Below the pieces are notes generated by a model. That model was not told where the DNA came from. It made no database searches and saw only the letters and a list, made by a program, of their open reading frames with translations. A program made the translations under genes and the position numbers. A stretch of 64,000 nucleotides of DNA from the human T2T-CHM13v2.0 reference genome, Homo sapiens: the NCBI RefSeq assembly GCF_009914755.1, contig NC_060927.1; one strand, written 5' to 3'. This document shows, in pieces, positions 1-23,200 of this stretch (its first letter is position 1; each line of letters opens with the position of its first letter).

Positions 1-39
1 AAAGATTTTTAAATTTTTATTTATTTTTAATTTTTATAT

Positions 40-815
40 TTTTGAGACTCAGTCTCTGTCGCTCAGGCTGGAGTGCAGTGGCACGATCTCAGCTCACTGC
101 AACCTCCACCTCCTAGGTTCAAGTGATTTCTCCTACCTCAGCCTCCCGAGTAGCTGGGAGATTACAGGCGTGTGTTACCACACCTGGCTAATTTTTGTAT
201 TTTTAGTAGAGACGGGGTTTCACCATGTTGGCCAGGCTAGTATCGAACTCCTGACCTCAGGTGATCCACCTGCCTCAGCCTCCCAAAGTGCTAGGATTAT
301 AGGCATGAGCCACTGTGCCCAGTCCCTGTGGTATAATGTTAATAAATAAGACCAGGATGCAGAATCTCAGGTGAGGCATGGTGGCTCACACCTGCAATCC
401 CAGCACTTTAAGAGGTTGAGGTGGGAAGATTGCTTGAGGCGAGGAGTGCGAGAGCAGCCTGGGCAACATAGTGAGACCCCATCTCTTAAGAAAAGGTACA
501 AAATCAGCTGGGCACGGTGGCTCACGCCTGTAATCCCAGTACTTTGGGAGGCCGAGGCAGGCGCATCACAAGGTCAGGAGATTGAGACCATCCTGGCTAA
601 TGTGGTGAAACCTGGTCTCTACTAAAAATACAAAAAAATTAGCCAGGCGTGGTGGTGGGCGCCTGTAGTCCCAGCTACTCGGGAGGCTGAGGCCGGAGAA
701 TGGCCTGAACCCGGGAGGCGGAGCTTGCAGTGAGCTCAGGAGTGCACCACTGCACTCCAGCCTGGGTGACAGAGCGAGACTCCGTCTCAAAAAAAAAAAA
801 AAAAAAAAAAAAGAA
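40..815. mobile_element. Alu cluster: antisense Alu (~40-322), sense monomer (~371-500), sense AluY-like (~507-815)
   Basis: Alu consensus motifs, poly-A tail, TSD tacaaaatc. Confidence 0.9.
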
Positions 816-1196
816 AAGATACAAAATCTTACCTGCAGCGTGGCAACAACTACATCCAAAGACACATCTATGTAGAGGGGGTGATTTTTGGAAAGGGGAA
901 GTACCCTAATGGCCTTAGGAGGGTGGTGAGATGCTGTGTAACTTTTCCCCCTGTATTGTCCATGTTTTTTTTTTTTTTTTTTTTTTTTGGTGAACAACCA
1001 TCAATTTTATGGTAAAACACCAAAAGAAAGAATGCATTATTTTTATTGTTACTAGTGGTAGCTCCCTGCAAGTTTTGTCCCATACTTCAGAATTGGCAAA
1101 GTATTTTTGTATCCATGGCTCTCTGATCCTTATAACAGTTCTGTGAAGACGATGTGGTATGTGTGTGTGTTTTCATTCAATCATTCACTTAGCATA

Positions 1197-2135
<939 letters not shown>

Positions 2136-2740
2136 CTCATACACTTGTTGAGTTCCCCTGACCAGGACTGGGACTTAGCTGAGAGGAATGAGATGCCCAG
2201 GGCAAAATGTAAGGAGGCGCTGATGCTCAGGGTCCTGCGGTGCCACCTGAAGATGAGCGCCTCCTGCATTTTCCTTCCCTAGGTGCCTCACCTGACTCAC
2301 CCTCATCCTGGCCCCACCTCCACTCTGAACCAGGCACTATTCTCAATTCTGGGGAAGTAACAGTGAACCAAACAGGGAGAGCTCCCTGCCTACACGGACC
2401 TTCCATTATAGAAGGGGAGGCAGGCAGAGCTAGTACCCACTGAGGCTCCCACGGGCGCAGTGACTGCCCCAGGCATAGCAGCAGCCAATGCTCAAGGCTT
2501 TGACCCTCCTGTCCCGTGGTCTTTCTCCTAAGTCATATGTACTGGACCCCATGGGTGCCCAGCAGAGTCAGCGTTGTAACTTGGGCCACCTGTGGACCTC
2601 AGCTAATGGTGGTGTTTCCAGTGTGGAGGCGGTGGTTGGGGAGGATGTCCTGGAAAAGCCCAGCTAGGGGCTAGTGTGGGGACCTGTCCTAGAGGGACTG
2701 CCTCTCTGACTCTAAGCAGAGTTCTCCCCGTCCCTTCCAG

Positions 2741-2923
2741 CCTCCTACGTGATCACAGACCTGACCCAGCTGCGGAAGATCAAGTCCATGGAGCGGGTGC
2801 AGGGTGTGAGCATCACGCGGGAGCTGCTGTGGTGGTGGGGCATGCGGCAGGCCACCGTCCAGCAACTTGTGGACCTCCTGTGCCGCCTGGAGCTCTACCG
2901 GGCTGCCCAGATCATCCTGAACT
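2741..2923 (+). CDS. IRAK2: IRAK2 exon 2 (death domain), 183 bp, phase 1-1
   Basis: Boundaries cccttccag|CCTCC ... AACT|gtgagt; encodes SYVITDLTQLRKIKSMERVQGVSITRELLWWWGMRQATVQQLVDLLCRLELYRAAQIILN. Confidence 0.97.
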
Positions 2924-3053
2924 GTGAGTAACTCAGGGCCCTCCTTGGGTGGGGCCCATCACGCTCCTGAGCAGTTTCCATCCGTGTGAGTTGCACTCTC
3001 TGGCCTTAATACTTTTTTCCTCTTTTAATTAAAAAATTTAATGAGTGAGTTTA

Positions 3054-3470
<417 letters not shown>

Positions 3471-3714
3471 TTATTTCATACCTTTTAAATTTGGGCTATC
3501 TGTTCCAAAAATAAATACATTAATTAATTTAAAAAAACCCAATAGCTATAACAAAAATTCAAAAAAGCATGCAGCAAAAATGATTCATATTGCTTCTTTT
3601 CCCCACTTTACATCCCAAGAAGTAATGATTGGTAAAAATTTCTGGCTTGTCTTACTAGAAATTTTCTCTGCATGGGCAAGGGTATTATATATCTGCAATT
3701 CCTTTTTTAAAAAC

Positions 3715-4788
<1,074 letters not shown>

Positions 4789-6180
4789 TAGTGTCATGAT
4801 ACACTTAGATGTATAGAGCCTGTTTTGCACACATGTAAGTGTAGCCATGGGATGGCTTTCTATTATAGTATTGGAATGTCTGGGTTGAAGGTTTTTGCAT
4901 TTTAAGTGTTGATTGATATTTAGTATTAACAAATTACCCTCCTCTGAGAGAACAGGATCATGTGTGATGGGGACATATTTAGCTGGTAATACCTCCCTAC
5001 CCTGAAGGGTGGCTGTGAAGTCGAAGAGAATAAGTGCCTGATGTTCAGCTGGTGCTCAGCAGAAGGCAGTGGGGATGGGGGGTCTGGTTACCCCCACCCC
5101 TCCTCACATCCCCAAAGAGACCCCCTCAGCGTAGGGCAGGGAGCCAGTCTTCTGCATGTACTTAACTGAGCACCTGCCTGGTTCTGCCCTAGGTTCTGGA
5201 ATACAGCACAGGCAATGTGACAGGTCCTCCGCCCTCATGAGGACACAGTCTTGTGAGGAGACAGTTAATGCATAGGAAAACTAGTACAGAAATGGGCAGG
5301 CAGGATACAGTGACCAGATAGGGGAGCCTCCTAGGACAGGGGGTCAAGGAAGGCCAGTGTGAGGATGTGAACCTAGAGGAATAGGAAGAAGACAGCCACA
5401 TGACGCATTGGGTAAGAGCTCAGGAGAGAGGGGCCAGCATGTGCAAGGGCCCTGAGGAGCCAGTGGTGGGAGCCCCAGACACCTGGGGAGGAGCTGTCCT
5501 GTCTGGGGTTCCTGAGCTGGGAACCACCTGGCTGGACCATCAGACCAGATTCAGCACCTGCCTATCCCTCAGGTCTTCTGGAGTCATTGAGGGCTTCCAG
5601 GAGGGGGGACTGGGAGCAAAGGCCTGAGGGTGGGGGCCTAGAGAGTACCACCCTCTGAGATAAACCAGGAGAGCAGGGGATGCTGTGGTGGACGTGCAGG
5701 TGGAGAGATCTAGAGCTACAGCCCAGGCTGGGCTTTTGGGGGCATTGTGGGGCAGACCACACCAGTCACGGGGAGGCCAGTGGGGCAGCGAGAACATCTC
5801 CTCCCTTCAGCTGGCAAGCAACTTTCCAGGCCCTCCTGTCTGGGGTCGGGAATGGGGCGATCTGGCTACCAATGGGAGTGATGTTCCAGCACAGGACGGT
5901 GGCTGGGCCTGCTTCTGCACAGGCTGGACCCTGACTCCTCTGTGTGCCCCCAGCAGCATAGTGGTGGCTCCTCTTGAGTCATGGTCCTCCCCATCCCCTG
6001 GACTTCTGTCTCCACCCCTGCTGGCTGCCTCCCTAAGCACACCTTCCTCCTCAGAGTGGAGAGGGTCAGCTAGCTGCCCAGGCCACAGCCTCCCCATTCC
6101 TGGAACCCACCTGAAACCCCTCCCTGCCCGGTGCTCCTGAGCCGCTGCCGTTCCTCTCCTTACATTCCCCCTGGGAAAGT

Positions 6181-7975
<1,795 letters not shown>

Positions 7976-8338
7976 GATGCCCACCACCTCTTAAAGGGTG
8001 TTAATGATAAATTTGAAGAAAACAGTACTTGAAAGCCCCACACACCAGAAGTCCTGGACATGAAGTGGCTTCCTGAGGGACTTACCTCTCCAGGGGATGT
8101 GCCTGGATGTGACTGTGGCCTTTTGAAGGCCATGCTTGAACTCAGTGGTACGACAGGGGCCCACTGGGGGCCATATCCCTGCACAGTCTCTTGAAATGTG
8201 AACTGCAGTGGCTGCCTGGTCTGAATGGGTAGAGGGCTGGCTCTGTGGGTCTCTGTTCCTTGATATTTCCTCAGCCTTAGTTGCCAAGGCCGTAGTTATT
8301 TAATTTGTCAAACACTGAATACTCTAAGAATTAGAATG

Positions 8339-8664
<326 letters not shown>

Positions 8665-8777
8665 TCAGTACAGAAGGCTTAGAACAGAAAGCAGCTACCC
8701 ATTCCTTGCCCTAGCAAATCTGCTGGCCAGAGTCAGCCCCTTTTTCCTCTTTTAGCCATCCATGTCTTGGGCTCCTC

Positions 8778-9252
8778 TATTAGCCTTCCAGGTTCACTAC
8801 TGTAAAACAAGCGCAGACCACAGTGGCTGAGAAAAGACAGGCGTTCGTTTCCCTCTCCTGTGACTGCCAGGCTGCCCCGGGCTCAAGTGGCAGCTCCGTG
8901 GTTTTGTGGCCCAGGCTCTTTCTTCTTTACTGTTCTGCCAGTGTGGACACAAGACTTCTCACATCTGAGATGGCCCCTCTGTGCCCCTACATGCACATCG
9001 CAGACAGCAAGAAGGGAAAAAGAGGAAAAAGGTGGGTACACTCCACTTCTTTTAAGGACATGACCAGGAAGTTGCTCACCTACTTTCCCTCATAAGCTAT
9101 TGGCCAAACCTGGTCACAGAACCACACCTGCTTGCAAGGGAGGCTGGGAAATGTAATCTTTGGTTGCAAGGTTTTATGTGCAACTAAAGCTTCTAGTACT
9201 CTAGAAAAGGAGGCAATCAGTATTGGAGGGACCATTAGCAGTTTCTGCCACG
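8778..9252 (-). mobile_element. MaLR LTR (MLT1-type)
   Basis: attggcc..ggtcac..tgcaagggaggctgggaaatgta..tctgccac motifs typical of reverse MLT1. Confidence 0.6.
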
Positions 9253-9528
9253 GTCCATTTTGGCCACCCAGATATCTGTATACACCTGTCTTGACCTGCA
9301 TAAAACATCTGCTTTCCACAAGGGAGATAGGCCTGGGGGCCTAATCAGTCACTTCCTTTAGGACAAATCTGGTATGTGTGGGTGATGTGTAGCCTTCTCT
9401 AATGGCCCCAGTGACCCAGGGCCTCTCAACCAAAGAGAAGCTGTCTGCATCCCCTTCCCCCAGCACACCCAAATTCCATGGTGGAATTTGAACAGGAAGC
9501 CACAATAAAAAACTCCTACTTGAGATGA

Positions 9529-10995
<1,467 letters not shown>

Positions 10996-11885
10996 AAACA
11001 CTGCTCTGATACCTGGTCCTCCGTGATTTCTGGGAAGTGGAGCTTCCACGTTCATTATTCTCTGTGGCCTTATCTGAAACGGAACTGGAAAGAATGTGCT
11101 TTTATTTAGGGCTCCTTGGCTTTCACAAACCACCTCCTGCTGGTGTGGGTTTGGGGACTTGAGTGGAGCTGTAGGAGTCAAATAATCTCCAGCTTTTATC
11201 AGATTCAGCTGTGGTTTCTTTGGCAACACAGTTCTGTCAAAAAACTAGAAGCTTCTGCTCTCTTGGCTTCTAATCAGTTCTGCTGTGGTAATCACAGCCG
11301 AAGATCCAGCCTAGACACATCTTAATTCTCAGCCCTGAAGTGTTTGGTCTGTTATTTCCTGGCTTCTGCGCTTAGCCTCGCCTCCTCACCCCCCAATTTA
11401 ATGTGCTTACCTGGAGCTTCCCTTGAAGCCACCTGAAACAGTAAGTTGGATGGGAAGGCAGGACTCTTAATTTGACTTTTGCCTTTGAGCTCTCTGTATT
11501 TGGCAGAGAACCTCTTCTGAGGGTCAGTAGTAGAACTCAGAAAGGTGGAGCAGAGATTAGATTATTAGAAAGGTTAGTACCACAGTCTTCCCTGCTGCTG
11601 AGGCAGACTCTTGAGATCCCCCAAGATGGGGATTCTTGTTGACTTGGATTGTTAGCTACAGGCTGGGTCTTTGTTTTCTTTCTTTCCTTTTTTTTTTTTT
11701 TTTTTTTTAAATAGAGACAGAATCTCGCTTTGTTGCCCAGGCTGGAATGCAGTGGGGCAGTGGTACAATCTTAGCTTACTGCTGTTTTGAACTCTTGTGC
11801 TCAAACAGTCCTCTTGCTTCAGCCTCCCAAGTAGCTAGGACTATAAGTGCAAACCACCATGCCCAGCTAACTTTTTTTTTTTTTT

Positions 11886-12051
11886 TCAGATTTTGGAATT
11901 TTTGCATTATATCCTTAGTGGCTGAGCATCCCTAATTCGAAAATCCAGTATCTGAAGTGCATTTCTTTTGAGTGTCATGTTGTTGCTCAAGAAGTTTTGG
12001 ATGTTGGAGCATTTTGGATTTCAGGTTTTCAGATTAGGGTGACTCCAACTG
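11886..12051. mobile_element. Tigger4a/MER46-like TcMar MITE fragment
   Basis: tgagcatccctaattcgaaaatcc...tttggatttcaggttttcagattaggg (internal inverted symmetry). Confidence 0.7.
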
Positions 12052-12414
12052 TTATCACTATTTTCAGTCCCTCTATAGGTTGGCTTTGCAGTGTTAACAA
12101 ATGTACTTACATTTCTTCCATAAGCTATAGGCAATGTCTCCCGATGCCCCATTTTGTAAAATGAAGCCCTTTTTATCCTCTCCTCTCCACTTTCACTTCC
12201 CATCTTCTGGCAAAGACTAGTTGAAAAATAGTCCTCTGTGAATGTTGTGACCTCTGAGCCTCCAGGAAAGAACTGGGTCTTGGATGAAGATTCACCCTCT
12301 GGGTCAGACAGGAAGGCGGAATACTGCCTTTGTGTCCTAATTGAAAGCTGCCTCATTGTCATGTGGAGAGTACTACATGCACAGGGCATCTGCAGTAGCA
12401 GATCATGGTCTAGA

Positions 12415-12700
12415 GTAGCATTTCCCACACCATGTGCCTCAGAAGACTGGTCCAGCAAGATACCCTGCTGCAAACAAAAGGGTTCATGAATAACTAAACT
12501 CGGGAAACCCCGCATACTTTATCACTGCCTCTGCCTTTGGAGATTTACAATGCATACCAACTGTGAAGGCTCTGATACGTCCTGCAGCAAAGAAACTTAT
12601 TTAGGCTATTGTTTCCCATTCATATTTGACCATGGTACTCCTTTTCATTTGATACTGATATGCCCATGAGATCAATATACTTTGTGAGTCACTGCTCTGG
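12415..12700. mobile_element. Ancient hAT-Charlie-type MITE (a related copy probably lies at ~48357-48660)
   Basis: Shared motifs aggctctg..cctgcagcaaagaaac and tgtttccca..atttgaccatgg; subfamily not resolved. Confidence 0.45.
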
Positions 12701-13242
12701 GGAAATGGTGACCATGGTGAGGGTGCTGGGCATCTCAGGGAAGCCCCATGATGGAGAACCTAGGGGGTCAGAGGCAGTACTTGTATGTTCAGACCAGCAT
12801 CCAGTGTGAGAAGAGTCTGTTTCTGGGGCTAGGGTCCGCCATCACCCTGGGGCTTAACGATGAGAGGCCTACTCCAGAGAGGGATTTTTCCAGATGACCA
12901 GGCTTAGGAGGGGACTGTGGGCCGGGCTCCAGACCTTATATACTGGCATCTTAGGGGCTTAAGAGCAGGAATTGAGGCAGAAGTGAGTATCCCAGCTGTG
13001 GCTCCCAGGCAAAGGAGAATCCACTATAATCAATGCTGAGCTCTAGAGCTGATTAAGTGCCACCAAAGGCTGGGTTAGGTGCTGAGCCTGTAGATGGTGG
13101 GGAGCAGATGGCTCTGGCTCTGAGGGTGGAGTCTGGAAACTGGGTGCACTGGCCTGTGAGGTGAAATTCTCCCTCTGCCCTGCCACAGGGATTTAGATAT
13201 GCAGGAGCTGGACAAGAGAGTTAATAAGGAACTAAAAATACA

Positions 13243-13864
<622 letters not shown>

Positions 13865-15136
13865 TAAAAATACATTTGCTGAGTGCCTACTGTGCGCTAG
13901 ATGCTGGGGATGCAACCATGAAAACACAGCCAAGGTCTCAGGCCTCATGGAGCTTACAGTCCAGTGGGAGATGAATTATAAGAAGCTAACACACAGATGC
14001 ATGTCACCCACTGCAGTATGAGTGCTCAAAGGATAAATGTAGGTCAGGTGGGGAGGGCAGGTAGGAGAGTGCAAGATGAGAGGATTTGATCTCATCAGGG
14101 GAAGTTTCTCTGAGGCAGTGAAACTTGAGCCTCCTCCGTAAGGAATAGTGGACCAAGAAGTGAAGGACGACACACACATATCTAGCCGGGGGGAGCAGCA
14201 TGTACAAAGGCCTGGGGGTGGGCTGAGGCTGGGGACAGGGCAGGGTCAGGCCACCCAGTGCCATGCAGGCTACCGCCAAGAGTTTGCTTTCACCGGAGAG
14301 TGAAGGGAAGACGTTGGAGGGCTTCCACCTGGGAGTATCCCCTGTTTTGGCCACTATATGGACTGGGGGGCTGGGCCTGTGAGGTTCCAGATGTCAACTG
14401 AGTAGGACAGGAAGACACTTCAGGAATCCGAAGGGATTTGGGAAGTGACCAAGGTTTTCTCTTCCCATCTGTTGCTACTATCTACCTGAAGTCTTGAGTT
14501 TCACAATTTTCATGCAGTTTCTTCTTGGTTGTGCAACTCTTGACAGTTTCTAACTTTGGGTTTGGCATCTCGGCCAGAGTCATTTCCTTCCTGGAGCTGG
14601 GCTCTCATTGAGTGGAAAATTTGGGGCTGCTATGTAAAATGAAACAGAAGAGAATGAACCCTTCCTCTCCGGAAGGGGCCGGGCTGTGCCAGGTCCAGAC
14701 AGGGCTTGTGTGTCTGCTCTCTTGGAAGGCTGCCCTGCCTCCGCCCCTTTCCAGCTGCTAGGGCACAACAGAACATGCCTACATCCAGACCCTGCCCACT
14801 GCAGACTTGCCACTGGAGGCGACACTGTTTTGGGCCAAAACCACAGGCCAGGGGTCAGAGCACCTGGGTTCTAGTAATAGCTTGTGTTTAGCACCTGATA
14901 TGTGCCAGGTAAGCATCTTTTCTCACAACTCTTATTATCCCTATTTTATAGAAGAGGAAACTGAGGCTCAGAGATTAAGTAATTTCCCAAGGCCACATAG
15001 CCCATAGTGATGAGGCCAACATGGGAATTCAGGTCTGCCTGACCTTACCCGCTTCTTGGTAGGTTACTAGATTGCATCATCACTTGCCCCATCTGGAAAA
15101 TGGGTAAAGACATTGCCCTATCTACTTTTCTTGTAG

Positions 15137-15373
<237 letters not shown>

Positions 15374-15645
15374 TGAGTGGCTAAGGACAGGTCACTTGAC
15401 CTTTTCCTTCCATGCATTCATTATTCCATTGGAAAAAAGCAAGGCTTTAATCACTGTTGGTCTCTTGAGAGTGGTGTTAGAATGAACAGAGTGTGGAATG
15501 CCTCTAAGCCAGTCCCCAGTGTTTCAGAGAGGAAGGGTAAGAGCTAGGGTGAAGTGAACCATCCTTTATTGAACTCCTGCTAGATGCTTAGCTCTTACAA
15601 CTAGTCTCCTCCAGTTGCAAGTTTTGGACACATACTCAGATGATG

Positions 15646-16310
<665 letters not shown>

Positions 16311-16810
16311 CAGGTTACCTCAGTTCCAGGGCGCTTACAGTAAGGTTCTGCCTAACTGTGGCCTACAAGGCCCTGCATGGTCTACCTTTGCCCGGCTCTT
16401 CAACCTCACCTCTACCACTTTCCCCCTCAGTCATTCCCCTCAGCCACTACGGTCATCCTTCACTTGCGGGGATATGCCAAGTGTTTGCTGCCTAAGGACC
16501 TTTGCACACGTGTTCCCTCTCCTTGGAATGCTGTCTCTCCCCAGCTTCCCTACATTCTTCCATGCTAGTCCTTTTCATCCTCTGGGTGTCTGCATATGTG
16601 GCCCCTTCTCATGGCAGCTTTTCCTGGCCAGCCTATGGAAGTAGGTCCATCAGGCACCCCTCCCTCGAGTTTGTTTTCAGCATAGAGCACCTCCCAGTTT
16701 ATAATTAGATGTCTTTTATTTAACTAGCTTAATGTCAGTATTACGGCAGTTTTGATAAAGGATTCCCCATTCCCTAACACAAAATGAATGAATGAATGAA
16801 TGAGAAAGAA

Positions 16811-16925
16811 TGAGTCATTTCAGCAGCAGGTGGAGTACAAGTTCAGTGGAGAACCAGGGATCGCACAATTAGGAAGGCAGGCTGTGCTCTCAGGTTTGCC
16901 TCATTTCAGGTCTAGCTTGAGTTGG

Positions 16926-16966
<41 letters not shown>

Positions 16967-17207
16967 GTGTGTTGTGTGTGACTGTGTATGGCCTGGAGGG
17001 CCAAACCCAGGGATTAGGAGGGAAAGGAAAAGAGAGGGCGCGGAAAGCTGTGTTTGTCCCTGATAGAGCCAGCTGGCACGAGGGTGCTTTAGTTATAGCT
17101 GAATCACTTTTGTTTGTTCTGGAAGGGATCTATTCTGGCCACATGAGTCAGCCTAAGAACAAATTACTGTGTAGTTTGACGGGCGTGAAGGGTTGGGGGG
17201 AATTTCC
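16811..17207. promoter_or_regulatory. Candidate inflammatory enhancer (2 AP-1 sites plus a consensus kB site)
   Basis: TGAGTCA at 16811 and 17144; GGGAATTTCC at 17198-17207; motif evidence only. Confidence 0.45.
16928..16980. repeat. (TG)n microsatellite
   Basis: Visible dinucleotide run. Confidence 0.95.
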
Positions 17208-17530
17208 AGAGTGTGCTCACCCAGGAAAGACCTTGTTGCCAGCTCTGAGTCCCCTCTGCTCCAACAGCTCCTGGATTTGCCACCGTGTGAAATGTTCTCA
17301 GGCAGCTAGTGTGACGGCCCAGGCCCCGTCAGCCAAAGGCCCAGCACCCATAAACATCCTTTAGTCCTTTCTCCTGAAGGAACTGGGCCATAAACAAGCA
17401 CATAATAAATAAATCTGCATTCTAGGCTTCGCTTTCTTCAGATATAAGACAACTACCTTATACTTGGTAGCAATTATCCCCCAGAGCTGTTACCTGAATT
17501 AAATAGGCCACAGATATGGGCAAGAACTTA

Positions 17531-17833
<303 letters not shown>

Positions 17834-18312
17834 TTAGATCTGCTGGGTGTTAATTTTTTTATCCTCATGGCTGGTCTCGGGTCGGGGGTCCACTTCCACA
17901 TCTCATTTGTCGGATGAGGAAGCCAAGGCTTAGGAGGATCCCCCTGCTGGTGAGCCTGACTGCAGGACACACTCCAGACTGCGGGAGTTCATTTGCCTTC
18001 CGTGGCATCAGTGATTCATGCTCATTAGGAAGAGCACAGGCATTCCGAAAACAAATCAGAGAGAAAAAGAAATCATGCCTGGCAACCAGCTCTGGTGAAC
18101 CATGACAGGGGCACAGAGAAGCGCTTCTGCCCCTCCCCCATTTCCTCCTTGTATCTGGGACTCAGCCCTCATCACTGTGGGTTCTCAGCCTCAGCAAGGC
18201 AGCTTTCACGGATATCCAGATTCCAGGCTGGGTGCAGTGGCTCACACCTGTAATCCCAGAACTTTGGGAGGCCAAGGCAGGTAGATTGCTTGAGCCCAGG
18301 AGTTTGAGATCA

Positions 18313-18504
<192 letters not shown>

Positions 18505-20021
18505 TCACAGAGCAAGACTCTGCCTCAAAAACAAAAACAAAAAATCCAGACTCTGTCTGAGAACTGCCGTGTCAACCTTCTGGTGCCTGTGGCCACCTAA
18601 GCTATAGATTAGCTGTTCCTTCCGTCACCTGCGTCCCCTTCCTATCCCTGGGGGTCCCAGCAGGGAGAACCCTGGGCTGCCCACCTCCAGTGTGTGACTG
18701 AGGCTGGCTGCCAATGGCGTGGGCACAGGCCCCCACCTCCCCTGCTGCTGGGCTCCTATGTTACTTTGCTCTCATGGCCACTGTACCTCTCGGGACTGTG
18801 CACCAAGTTGCTGCCCACCTAGAATCGGTTTCCATTAGAGTGTTTAAAATGTTAAAAATAGCCTTCCACCCTAAATGCTTCCTTCGGAGGCCCGAGTTGG
18901 GAATCAGAGGTTCTTTTCTATCTGCACCTTTCTGGCAGAACTGAAGGAGGGTGGCTGTTTGCACAGTGTTGTGGGCCCCTGCCCTGGGCCAGCCACTTCA
19001 CATTTGTCATCATGGAGCCCTGGGACGGCCCTGGGAGGTGTGGGGTTATTATTCTGATTCCACAGGAGAGGCGCATGAAGCTCAGAGGGTTAGGAGGTCT
19101 GTGCCTGGGCGTGAAGCTGGAATCGCAGAGCTTGGGTCTGGCTCAAGCCAGAGCCGACGCTTCCCCACGCTTACTCTTGTGATCCTAGTTCTACTCTTTG
19201 ATCACAGTCTGTGTTTTTGGATCTCATGATCCTGCAGAATCAACTTTATGTGTGGAATTCTCTTGAGAATTTAATCCTGGGAGGAAAGAGTGCTGTCTTG
19301 GAAGCCTGAGGCTGCCCCTGTCTATCTGTGATAAGAAGTCCGTGAGCAGCTCACTCCTGAGCCTTGGCCTTGGCAGATAGGAAGCTCAGTGCGAGAGTTA
19401 AAGCTTGTCACAGCCCTTTCTTGTAGGCATTTGGCCTCCTTTGCCTCATCCTGCCTTTGGTGTTCTATTTTTATTTCACTAGCTCTCTGGTGTGCCAGCC
19501 TGAATGAGTGGGCGTTGCGTCTTTCTAGCTAGCAGGGAGCAGGTTTGGAGGGATGAGGACAGAGGCCATTTTCTCCATCTTCATGTTTGGACAGTGGGAC
19601 AGGCATGCATGGGCCTGCCTGTCCACCCAGCTCAGACCATGCCGGCAGCTCCAGGGTGGAGATGAGGGCGGTTCATGTTTATACGCACCATTTATTGCTT
19701 GCATTTTAAAGACATCTAAAAACTCAAAGCTTGAGAAGATGGGGGTTTCACAGGAAACCAGAACTTCTTGTTGGGGCTGACATGGGGCTCTGTTGGCTTA
19801 CATCCGTGGCTGGTGTGACCTGGTGCCTCTTGTGTGGGAGGGTGGATGTTAGCCCCAAGTGTGCTGACAGGTCTGGTCACAGGTAGCCCTGCCGACACCG
19901 CCCCTCCCCATCTGTTCCTCACTCCTGCTCACTTCCAAATGCCCTGTGGTGCCAGGTGGGGCCACCGCATGTCACTGCAGAAGGAACAAGAAAAAGAAAG
20001 AGAAAAGCTGGACTCTCTTTA

Positions 20022-20303
<282 letters not shown>

Positions 20304-20863
20304 TTAAAAATTAGCTGGGCGTGGTGTTGCCTGTAATCCCAGCGGCATGGGAGGCTAAGAGAGGAGGATAGCTTGAGCTCAGGAGTTTGAGGCTGCAGTG
20401 AGCTGTGATCACACCACTGCATAGCCTGGGTGACAGAGCAACACCCTGTCTCAAAAAAAAAAAAAAGGAACAGGACACTGAAGTTAAGTAAGGCTGTAAG
20501 TATCACCCTCATCCCCGTTTTACTGTGATGAGAACAATGAGGCTCAGCCAGGCAGGCCTCCGACAAGGAGAAGGTGCCTCATTTGCTGGGATCATGGGCG
20601 GTTCTGGGTGTAGGTGAGACCTTTAGGGAGCATTTTATACTGTTGCGGGCCTGGCCTCTGCAGGAGGTCACTGTTGGGAAGTGACTTCAGCGAGCCCAGC
20701 CGGCCCTGAGCCAGGGGAGCCACTGCTGCCCTTTTGACACAGATGTCACAAGGATGACAAGCCTTTCCAGGAGCATAAGCCCCACTTGAGGCAGTTTGAG
20801 GAGGGAGGGTGGAGGGAGAGAGGCAGTCTCTCCCTGCCAGAGAGGGGAGGCTGGGAAAGATGA

Positions 20864-21142
<279 letters not shown>

Positions 21143-21914
21143 TGAGTAGCTGGGACTACAGGTGTGCACCACCACGCCTGGCTAATTTTTGTATTTTTAG
21201 TAGAGACGGGGTTTCGCCATGTTGGCCAGGCTGGTCCAGAACTCCTGACCACAGGTGATCTGCCCTCCTTGGCCTCCCAAAGTGCTGGGATTATAGGTGT
21301 GAACCACTGTGCCCGGCCTAGGGACTGTTTATTCTCCTCCTGGGCCTGTGGAAGGCAGTGGGATGCCATGAGGCAGACAGTGATCCTGTGATTCCTGCAG
21401 GCAAGGCCCTTGTTGGAGAGAAACTGGCTTCTAGACTCCGAGTTTCAGCCACAAAGGCCTTGGCCTGATGGCAATCAGGATGGGGGGGTGTGGCCTATAG
21501 AACCACTGAAGTGCCCGTGGAGCCCAGGTTGGGAGAGAAGTGCATGTTCTCTGGGTGCCCTTACGTCAGTGGTTCTGGGAGGAGACCCCGCCTTCCTGCC
21601 TCAGTGCTGCCTGCCTCCCTGTTTCCCTTGGGCAGGTCTTGTTCCCCGCTGAGCCTCAGCTTCCTGACTTGAGATCTCCAGGGTTGTGGGGAGGGTGCTT
21701 GAATTGAACGTATCAATACACAACGTGGACATTCGTTGGTGAAAAACAGAAGTGAGGTGGATCTGAATCTCATGAAGGGCTGATTCATCGTCTGCTCACT
21801 GGAGCCAGAGGGGTCCCCAGGGCAAACGCTACTCACACTAGCTTGGAAGACTCAGTTCTCGTCATTACTTTAGCTAGCTTGCTAACTGATTTTTTTTAAA
21901 AGAAGTATACTTTA

Positions 21915-23200
<1,286 letters not shown>

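Noticed and set aside
5685-6140. 151-aa non-Alu ORF in GC-rich intron 2 sequence
   Set aside because: No recognisable domain, non-ATG start and no clear splice context; plausible by chance at this GC content.
14808-14826. CTCF-like motif gccactggaggcgac
   Set aside because: Core spacing does not fit the CTCF consensus well.
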